A DNA stretch of 64,000 bases, from contig JBCNVN010000004.1 in assembly GCA_039630055.1 (NCBI GenBank), positions 11,076 through 75,075 of the forward strand. Direction: 5' to 3'. Positions 54,442 to 62,121 of the stretch are shown piece after piece. The position numbers and the translations under genes are program-made. Origin of the DNA: Candidatus Caldarchaeales archaeon (GTDB lineage: Archaea; Thermoproteota; Nitrososphaeria_A; Caldarchaeales; Wolframiiraptoraceae). Position 1 is the stretch's first letter. The number at the start of each line of letters is the position of its first letter. Under the pieces are notes generated by a model. It was given only the letters and a program-made list of their open reading frames with translations. It was not told where the DNA came from and ran no database searches.

Positions 54442-54754
54442 AAAACTTTTACTAAAGTAAACTCAATAATGATGATCTCTTAAGAAAATTACTAATCCAT
54501 TTCTTAAAGAATAGTTGATACAAGTATAAGACTACCAAAACGATTTTTATCGAGTCCATCTATCACTTTATATACAAGGTAGGTATAGATCCATGGGATT
54601 TATCCCCTATATTTAATCTTTGATGGTTATCTGGGCTGATAATTCGTTGATAATTGGATTAATATTAATTTCATTATCCTTTAAATATTGAATTGGCCGG
54701 TTTTATTGAATTATTAAGGTAAAAGTTTAATCTTAGATGTTTTAAATTTTAACT

Positions 54755-55057
54755 ATGAGTAAAGAGTCAATTAAAGAGGATAAGAAATTGGGTAGATTAA
54801 GAGATGGAAAGAGGTTGAAAGTGGAAGAGAAGTATTGGAGGCTTGCTGTTGACACAGCTGTGAAGCAGCCTAGGCTTGCTTTTTATTCGCCTGTAGCTAG
54901 CACTGTTTTGAATTATTGGAAGAACGTAATTCCGAGGTTTAGTATTAGTGAGCTTTTGGCTAAGATCGTGGAGAAAGAGATAGCTAGTAGGTGGCCACAT
55001 CTATATAATAGAGCTAAAAGATCACTAAACGTAAAGAGAGGAGGGAAGAGAGCATGA
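54755..55057 (+). CDS. Hypothetical small basic protein (100 aa)
   Basis: ATGA stop/start overlap with the downstream dehydrogenase gene. I recognised no motif. Confidence 0.4.
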   Translation: MSKESIKEDKKLGRLRDGKRLKVEEKYWRLAVDTAVKQPRLAFYSPVASTVLNYWKNVIPRFSISELLAKIVEKEIASRWPHLYNRAKRSLNVKRGGKRA

Positions 55058-56058
55058 GACCATTGGTCTACGTTACTAGAAGGATCCCTGAAGTTGGCCT
55101 TTCTATATTAAGAGAATACTGTGAAGTAGTTTATAGAGATGAGCTGGCCCCACCTAGTAAGGAAGAGCTATTAAATAATATTAAAGATGTTGATGCGATA
55201 TTCTGTACGCTTAATGAAAAGATCGATAAACAGGTTTTGGATTCTTCACCTAAGTTAAGAGTTGTAGGAACTATGAGCGTTGGGGTCGACCATATCGATA
55301 TAGATTATGCAACTAGTAAGGGAGTGTATATCATACATACTCCCGGAGTCTTAACCGAGACTACAGCAGACCTAGCATTTGCTCTTATTCTTTCAGTTGC
55401 AAGAAGAGTAGTAGAATCTGATAGGATAGTTAGAGAGGGTAAGTGGAAGATAGCATGGGCTCCTACGATGATGCTTGGATATGATGTCCACGGTAAGAAG
55501 CTTGGTATAATAGGTCTGGGTAGAATAGGGGCGGCCGTAGCTAAGAGAGCTAAAGGATTCGGTATGGAGATCTACTATTATGATAAGATTAGAAGAGAAG
55601 ATCTAGAGAGAGATATGGGAATAGTATTTAAAAACCTCGATGATATCTTGAGAGAATCAGACTTCATCTCAATACATGTTCCCCTCACAGAAGAGACGAG
55701 ATACTTGATAGGTGAAAGAGAACTCAAGATGATGAAGCCTACAGCCATATTGATAAATACTTCACGGGGTCCAGTGGTTAATGAGAAGGCTCTAGTGAAG
55801 GCTTTGAGAGAAGGATGGATAGCAGGGGCTGGTCTAGACGTCTTTGAAGAAGAACCTCTACCCTATAATAGCCCTTTAATAGAACTTCCAAACGTTGTAC
55901 TCACTCCACACATAGGTAGCGCTACTATCGATACTAGGAATAAGATGGCTGCATATGCAGCCGATGGTATAATTAGGGTATTGAGAGGAGAGTTGCCCGA
56001 CAATCTTTACAATAAAGAGGTAGTTAAAATAAGACCACCAGTAAAGCTCATAGATTGA
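55054..56058 (+). CDS. gyaR: D-2-hydroxyacid dehydrogenase / glyoxylate reductase
   Basis: GIIGLGRIGAAVAKRA (NAD fold) and the catalytic context SIHVPLT...NTSRG...TPHIGSAT. Confidence 0.85.
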   Translation: MRPLVYVTRRIPEVGLSILREYCEVVYRDELAPPSKEELLNNIKDVDAIFCTLNEKIDKQVLDSSPKLRVVGTMSVGVDHIDIDYATSKGVYIIHTPGVLTETTADLAFALILSVARRVVESDRIVREGKWKIAWAPTMMLGYDVHGKKLGIIGLGRIGAAVAKRAKGFGMEIYYYDKIRREDLERDMGIVFKNLDDILRESDFISIHVPLTEETRYLIGERELKMMKPTAILINTSRGPVVNEKALVKALREGWIAGAGLDVFEEEPLPYNSPLIELPNVVLTPHIGSATIDTRNKMAAYAADGIIRVLRGELPDNLYNKEVVKIRPPVKLID

Positions 56059-56262
56059 TTTGCAATCTACATTTTTCTTCTTCTTGTTTACTCGATGAGA
56101 GATTTGAAGTCCATTTTTAAAATCTCAAGAAATTTAGAAATAATGGAAGATGGAGATGAAACTAAGTTATGGTCAAAATCAATCTCTAGATTTTTCCATA
56201 TTTTTACATAGTTTAAAGTGAGGAGGAAAACATTAATACTACAAGATACAGATTCAGTTAAA

Positions 56263-57090
56263 ATGAGTATTGCTAGCCTTCTTAAGATAGTCGAAGACGC
56301 TCTAGTATCAGCAAGAGAGCATGCTCTTGAATCTATTAGATCTGGATGGGGGCTTAAAATAAAGGGTTTAGGTGCATATGGCGATAAGTCTTACGGATTC
56401 GACTTGGCAGCTGAGAGAGCAGTAATAGATGTAATAAATGATAGGCTTAGCAATGTAGCTATAATCTCCGAAGAGTTAGGGATTTCCGGCTCGAAGGATC
56501 CTGATTACTATGTCTTAATCGATCCAATAGATGGTAGTAGAAACGCTTCTAGAGGTATACCATTGTTTTCGACTACGATAGTTATCTCTAAAAGTATTAG
56601 TTCAAAAGATATACTTGTTGGAGGTGTTATAGACCATTCAAATGGTGACCTATATATAGGTGAAAAAGATGGGAATGTGATAGCGGTGGGAAAGAAGCCC
56701 AGTCTTACGAAAACGAACTCTCTTAGTGATGCATTCTTGATAGTAAACACATTTTCTATAAGGAGTGAGAAGTACAGGAGATGGGGTGAAATGATAATTA
56801 ACAGATCGTATGTTTCCCTCTTTCTAGGTACGACCGCTCTTGAGATCTGCTACATACTATCTGGGAGAGTCGATGGATATGTATGTCTAGGACCACATCT
56901 AAGACCTTTAGATTTCATCGCACCGATCTTTCTCTTAAAACTCTCGGGTGGATCCTACACTATATTAACAGAAGATGGAGAAGTTGATGAGATAAACCTA
57001 TCTGCAGGTAAGAGCTTTGGCGTTATAGCAACATCGAATAAAGAACTTTTCAATGAGATAACAAAACTTAGGGAAGAAAGTCAATCTTAA
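56263..57090 (+). CDS. Inositol monophosphatase / FBPase-family phosphatase
   Basis: SEELG...VLIDPIDGSRNA metal-binding motif. The track ORF starts at GTG 56218. The ATG at 56263 (MSIASLL) fits family N-termini better. Confidence 0.7.
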   Translation: MSIASLLKIVEDALVSAREHALESIRSGWGLKIKGLGAYGDKSYGFDLAAERAVIDVINDRLSNVAIISEELGISGSKDPDYYVLIDPIDGSRNASRGIPLFSTTIVISKSISSKDILVGGVIDHSNGDLYIGEKDGNVIAVGKKPSLTKTNSLSDAFLIVNTFSIRSEKYRRWGEMIINRSYVSLFLGTTALEICYILSGRVDGYVCLGPHLRPLDFIAPIFLLKLSGGSYTILTEDGEVDEINLSAGKSFGVIATSNKELFNEITKLREESQS

Positions 57091-57124
57091 TTATTTCTCT
57101 GTGATCAATTCTGGTTGGAGAGAT

Positions 57125-58111
57125 ATGGCGATACTGAGAACGGATGTTGAGGAATTAGAGAGGTTGAGAGGGAGTGGATATAGGATCGTTGGAAGACATT
57201 CAGCGGTTAAGATATGCCATTGGACAAAGAATGCTTTAAAAGGTGGAAAGCACTGTTATAAGAGTTGGTATGGTATAGAGAGTCATAGATGCTTACAGAT
57301 GACTCCAAGCGTCCAGTACTGTAACATGATGTGTATATTTTGTTGGAGATTCCATACAATAAATAGAATAAGACCTTATGATGGTGAATGGGATAGACCC
57401 GAACAAATTTTTGAGGGACTAATCCGTGAGCAGAGACAGCTTCTTTCAGGTTTTAAAGGAAACCCTAAAGTTGATTCGAGGCTATTTAAAGAAGCCATGA
57501 ATCCAAAACATATGGCTATCTCGCTAGATGGTGAACCAACCCTATATCCATATCTAGCAGATCTAATAAAACTTGCATATGAATATGGGATGACTACTTT
57601 TCTAGTAACAAATGGGACAAATCCTGAAAGGCTTAGAGATTTGATCGATGAGAATGCTGAGCCGACAAATCTCTACATAAGCTTGTACGGTCCTGATCGA
57701 GAAACACATGTTAGAATGTGTAGACCTATCATTAGAGATAGTTGGATCAAGTTGAATGAGAGTTTGGAGCTCATGTCCAGCTTTACCAAGTCAAGACGGG
57801 TGATAAGGCTTACACTCGTCAAAGGATATAATATGAGGGGGATCGAAGAATATCTTGAGCTAATAAAGAAGGCTAGACCAGACTATGTAGAATGTAAAGC
57901 ATATATGCATGTAGGAGAGAGTCAGAAGAGGCTTCCTAGAGAAGCTATGCCGAGCATGGAAGATATAATCGAATTCTCTGAAAAGCTGAGTATGATCCTC
58001 GGATATAAAGTTGTATTTCATGACTCAACCAGCCGGGTATCAATTCTAGCCGATCCAACATCTCCACACTATCTGAGAGATTCGACGAATATGGTGAGGA
58101 AAAGATTATGA
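57125..58111 (+). CDS. taw1: tRNA 4-demethylwyosine synthase (Taw1/TYW1, radical SAM)
   Basis: GYRIVGRHSAVKICHWTK, CYKSWYGIESHRC and the radical-SAM cluster CNMMCIFCWR. The ATG at 57125 is preceded by GGAGAG. The track start is GTG 57101. Confidence 0.85.
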   Translation: MAILRTDVEELERLRGSGYRIVGRHSAVKICHWTKNALKGGKHCYKSWYGIESHRCLQMTPSVQYCNMMCIFCWRFHTINRIRPYDGEWDRPEQIFEGLIREQRQLLSGFKGNPKVDSRLFKEAMNPKHMAISLDGEPTLYPYLADLIKLAYEYGMTTFLVTNGTNPERLRDLIDENAEPTNLYISLYGPDRETHVRMCRPIIRDSWIKLNESLELMSSFTKSRRVIRLTLVKGYNMRGIEEYLELIKKARPDYVECKAYMHVGESQKRLPREAMPSMEDIIEFSEKLSMILGYKVVFHDSTSRVSILADPTSPHYLRDSTNMVRKRL

Positions 58112-58603
58112 TGGTTTTTTAAAATATTTTATTAAACGTTCGTAGGTTTCTTCAGGTAGCTCGGGGATTATCTTAGTCCCCGAAATCACAGTCATAAAGT
58201 TTGTATCTCCAACCCATCTAGGTACTACGTGGAGATGTATATGTCCTTCTATTCCAGCCCCTGCAGCTTCACCTATATTCAAACCAATGTTTAGCCCACT
58301 TGGATTATATTCCCTCTTCAACGCTCTTATACTAATTACAGCCAAATTCATCAATTCGCATAACTCCTCTTCATCTAAACTTTCGAGGTCTCCAGTATGT
58401 CTATAGGGTGCTATCATCAAGTGACCACTAGTGTATGGATACTTATTCAAGATTATGAAGCATTTGTCACCTCTATATAGTATAAGGTTCTCTCGATCTC
58501 TATATTCTTCACTCTCTATGCAGAAAACGCATCCTTTTTCTCTCTTTTCTTTAAGATGCTCTTTGATATACCTCATCCTCCAAGGAGCCCAGATAATCTT
58601 CAT
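58106..58603 (-). CDS. HIT-family nucleotidyl hydrolase/transferase (Ap4A-phosphorylase-like)
   Basis: Histidine triad GHIHLHVVPR and an N-terminal APWRMRYI...CVFC. Confidence 0.85.
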   Translation of the reverse strand: MKIIWAPWRMRYIKEHLKEKREKGCVFCIESEEYRDRENLILYRGDKCFIILNKYPYTSGHLMIAPYRHTGDLESLDEEELCELMNLAVISIRALKREYNPSGLNIGLNIGEAAGAGIEGHIHLHVVPRWVGDTNFMTVISGTKIIPELPEETYERLIKYFKKPS

Positions 58604-58704
58604 TACACCTACACCTCATCTTACCGGCTTAAATTCTTTACTTCTAAAAGATCTCTTTTTTCCTAACAATATCTTTAAGAGTAGTTTAGAGAAGAAGTAG
58701 TTGT

Positions 58705-59160
58705 ATGAAGTCGGAGATAAAACAGATCAATATCTCTGGAAAACCTATAGTTAAACGGAGAGCAGTCGCTAGAGGCTTTATAAAGCTTCGTCAACAGACT
58801 ATTGAAAAGATAAGGATGGGAGGTCTCGAGAAGGGAGATCCATTCCAGGTTGCGAGGTTAGCGGGGATAAACTCTGTAAAATTTACCCATCTACTCCTAC
58901 CTCTATGTCATCCTATTGGAATAGACTATGTAGAAGTTAATCCGAGGATTAGAGAAGATGGTATAGAGGTTGAGGCCGTAGTCGAGGCCTTTGAGAAGAC
59001 CGGCGTTGAAATGGAGGCTTTGACCGCTGTAAGCATAGCTCTACTAAACATCTGGGATGTGGTAAAGATCTATGAAAAAGATTCCACAGGACAGTATCCT
59101 GAAACAGAGATCAAGAATATTAGAGTAGTTGAGAAGGTTAAAGGACATGTCAATGGCTAA
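58705..59160 (+). CDS. moaC: Cyclic pyranopterin monophosphate synthase MoaC
   Basis: GDPFQVARLAGI...LLPLCHPI...GVEMEALTAVSIALLNIWD. Confidence 0.9.
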   Translation: MKSEIKQINISGKPIVKRRAVARGFIKLRQQTIEKIRMGGLEKGDPFQVARLAGINSVKFTHLLLPLCHPIGIDYVEVNPRIREDGIEVEAVVEAFEKTGVEMEALTAVSIALLNIWDVVKIYEKDSTGQYPETEIKNIRVVEKVKGHVNG

Positions 59161-59677
59161 ACCTCATGAGGAACATAAAATTAAAGCTCCCAAAATCCTC
59201 AGGTTCATCCTCTATACGGTTAGCACTTCTAGATATAATGCTAAGCTCAAAGGTGAAGTGTATTCTGATGAGTCGATGGATGTAGCAGTTCGGATAATAA
59301 GAGAGAAGAATCATGAGATAGTTGGAAAAGATGTTATTGATGATGATAAAGAGATGATCGCGCAAGCTCTTATAAAGTCGGTCGAGAAAGATGTTGATGT
59401 AATAATCTTTATGGGTGGGACAGGGTTAACGAGTAGAGATGTAACAATCGAGGCTGTAAGACCTTTACTCAGTAAGGAGGCGGAAGGTTTCGGGGAGATA
59501 TTTAGATTTGAGAGTTATCGTAAGATAGGAGCGGCCGCTTTTCTAACAAGGGCAATGGCAGGAGTTATATCTGGAAAAGCGGTAATTTGTCTTCCAGGAT
59601 CTCCCAATGCAGTAGAACTTGCACTAAAGATCTTTCTAGATGAATTTCCCCATCTTGTATATTTAGCTCGACAATAG
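59153..59677 (+). CDS. moaB: Molybdenum cofactor biosynthesis protein B (MoaB/MogA family)
   Basis: GGTGLTSRDVT and GSPNAV motifs. The ATG at 59153 overlaps the moaC stop by 8 nt. The track start at 59129 is less likely. Confidence 0.85.
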   Translation: MAKPHEEHKIKAPKILRFILYTVSTSRYNAKLKGEVYSDESMDVAVRIIREKNHEIVGKDVIDDDKEMIAQALIKSVEKDVDVIIFMGGTGLTSRDVTIEAVRPLLSKEAEGFGEIFRFESYRKIGAAAFLTRAMAGVISGKAVICLPGSPNAVELALKIFLDEFPHLVYLARQ

Positions 59678-59722
59678 AAGTTTATCAAGAGGTCTCTTGG
59701 CTGGATTTCGTATACATAAAAG

Positions 59723-60208
59723 TTATTTGGCTTCCAATGGTATTAAGACTTTGAGCTTAGATTCTTCTCCACGCATTACATGATAGCTTGGAGAACTAAC
59801 CTGGCTATCTCCAATATATACGTGTCCATGAGTTATTAGTTGTCTAGCTTGATGGATGCTTTTAGCATAACCCAGCCTAAATACGATCGTCTGGATCCTT
59901 CTCTCTAGTATATCTCTCACAGTCAACTTTAATACATCATCAGCTGTAGCATTTTCTTCGATCAGCCCCATCTTATACAATCTCTGGATAAGCCTACTCT
60001 CTTCCTGAACTCTTTTCTCCCCTGTTAACACGAATAGAGATCTTGCTTGAGCTCTAATCTTCCTTAGTACGGTCTCAGCTCTCCATAGTTCTCGCTTATT
60101 CCTCAGACCATATTCTCCTAGGAGATGAAGTTCCATAGATAATCTATCCGATTTCCAAGGATGTTTAGGAGTCTCATAACGTTTCCTAGGCCTCTTTGGA
60201 TCGCCCAT
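59723..60208 (-). CDS. rps4: 30S ribosomal protein S4 (uS4)
   Basis: MGDPKRPRKRYETPKHPW...EYGLRNKRELWRA...RRIQTIVFRLGYAKSIHQARQLITHGHV. Confidence 0.9.
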   Translation of the reverse strand: MGDPKRPRKRYETPKHPWKSDRLSMELHLLGEYGLRNKRELWRAETVLRKIRAQARSLFVLTGEKRVQEESRLIQRLYKMGLIEENATADDVLKLTVRDILERRIQTIVFRLGYAKSIHQARQLITHGHVYIGDSQVSSPSYHVMRGEESKLKVLIPLEAK

Positions 60209-60376
60209 CTCAGATACAATCCATATGAAGCTTCCTTATTAACTTCATCTAGACTATAAAAATTTGATGGGTTTTACTGTATAAACCGGGTTATTAGATA
60301 TCTTGTTAATATTTCTACACAGTTTATGATTACATGATAATCTATTAGAGCTACTTTACATCATAATTAAGAGAAT

Positions 60377-61651
60377 ATGAATGACCTTATCGAGAAGCTT
60401 TACCACTATATCTCACCTGAAGAAGCTTTGGAAAAGATAATTAGGAATATTAATCTGGTTCCAAGAGTGGAAGTGGTTGAGACTTATGAATCATGCGGCC
60501 GTGTATTAGCAGAAGATGTTAAATCACCTTATCCTATCCCAAAGGATAACATTTCACATTATGATGGATATGCGGTGAAAAGTTCGGATACTCTAAAGGC
60601 ATCTACAGTCAAACCAGTTAGATTGAAGATAGTTGGCAGAATAGATCTAACCTCAAATTATAATCTATCTATTGGAGGGGGAGAGGCTGTCTATGTAGTT
60701 ACAGGCGCTAAAATCCCTGAAAATTCAGATGCAGTGATCCCAGTGGAAAGAGTTAGAATTTTGAAAGATTACATCGAGATAGTTAGACCGGTCAAGTATG
60801 GTGAGAATGTAACTTTTAGAGGGTCAGATGTAAAAGAGGGTGAGGTAATCTTGAAGAAGAGCCATATTCTTAGACCCCAAGATTTACGGTTTCTCCTAGA
60901 TATAGGAAAGTTCAAGGTCAAGGTCTATGCTAAACCTAGGATTTCATTAATGGGAGTTGGAGATGAATTAACAAATGATGTAAACCAATCGAATTATAAG
61001 AAGCTTGAAACATCTACTGTGATGATCTCAAGTTTTCTAAAGGAGTTTAACATAGACTCTACTAGGGTTGGGGTTGTTCAAGATTCGCCTCGACATATTC
61101 TAGAAACCGTTCTAAGCTCTCTAAGGAATAGTGATGTTGTTGTAACAGTTGGAGGCGTCTCGCTTGGAGTAAAGGATCTCTGTTGGACGGAGCTGTCTAA
61201 GCATGAGGGAGCGATCCCGATTGCTAGAGGGTTAAGGATTCAGCCAGGTAGAGCTACTAGCATAGTCGTAATCGATGGTAAGCCTGTTATAATGCTTCCA
61301 GGACTTATTCAATCAACTATATGTGGAGTATACTATATCTTATTACCTCTAGTATTTTACTTGCAAGGGTTACCGATGAAGAACGTTTTACCTGAAATAT
61401 CAGCTGAATTAAGTGAAGAATTTTTTATAAGAGAGTATATATCTTTTAAGAGGATAAGATTTGTCAAGTTACTCAGAGATGGAGATCTTTTTATTGCAAA
61501 ACCTGTTCAAGGAGATTCATCGATGATAGGTACCATATTAAAGTCTGATGGCTTCATAGAAATACCTGAAGGTGTGGAGAGAATGGAACGAGGTGTTAAG
61601 GTAAAGGTAAGATTATTATCAATATCTCAACTTCTTCAACTTGATTTATAG
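60377..61651 (+). CDS. moeA: Molybdopterin molybdenumtransferase MoeA
   Basis: 424 aa with HYDGYAV, VTGAKIPENSDAVIPVE, VVVTVGGVSLGVKD and PGRATS...MLPG. Confidence 0.9.
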   Translation: MNDLIEKLYHYISPEEALEKIIRNINLVPRVEVVETYESCGRVLAEDVKSPYPIPKDNISHYDGYAVKSSDTLKASTVKPVRLKIVGRIDLTSNYNLSIGGGEAVYVVTGAKIPENSDAVIPVERVRILKDYIEIVRPVKYGENVTFRGSDVKEGEVILKKSHILRPQDLRFLLDIGKFKVKVYAKPRISLMGVGDELTNDVNQSNYKKLETSTVMISSFLKEFNIDSTRVGVVQDSPRHILETVLSSLRNSDVVVTVGGVSLGVKDLCWTELSKHEGAIPIARGLRIQPGRATSIVVIDGKPVIMLPGLIQSTICGVYYILLPLVFYLQGLPMKNVLPEISAELSEEFFIREYISFKRIRFVKLLRDGDLFIAKPVQGDSSMIGTILKSDGFIEIPEGVERMERGVKVKVRLLSISQLLQLDL

Positions 61652-61812
61652 AATATTTTCAGAAAAATGAGAATAATATATTCTTCGTAATATTGTATTC
61701 TACTTATATGAAAATATCATTTCTAATCTCAGATGATCCAAAAATAGTTATAACTCATAATGGGATCGAGAATGAGAAATATTAATATTAGAGAGTAGAA
61801 AATAGATATGCT

Positions 61813-62079
61813 GTGCCGTATATTAGGAAGGAGTATAGAGATAGGCTTAATCCAAAGATAGATGCATTGATAGATGAGTTGAGCAAGGCGCCTCTGGAAG
61901 AACTTGACGGACAGTTAAATTATGTTATATTCCGGCTGCTTCTCCGCCTATATCCACCACGATACTTTAACTATAACAGGGCCATAGGTGTAATCTCATG
62001 CGTCCTCCAAGAATTCTATAGAAGACATGTAGCATCATATGAAGATATTAAAATAGCTGAAACAGGAGATATTACTTAA
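61813..62079 (+). CDS. Hypothetical small protein (88 aa), probably a conserved family of unknown function
   Basis: GTG start. The pattern GQLNYVIFRLLL...YNRAIGVISCVLQEFYRRHVASYEDIKIAETGDI resembles a widely distributed uncharacterised family, but I cannot name it with certainty. Confidence 0.45.
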   Translation: MPYIRKEYRDRLNPKIDALIDELSKAPLEELDGQLNYVIFRLLLRLYPPRYFNYNRAIGVISCVLQEFYRRHVASYEDIKIAETGDIT

Positions 62080-62121
62080 TTATCAACCGATAGATAGACT
62101 GCCCAGTTAGAGAAGCGATAA

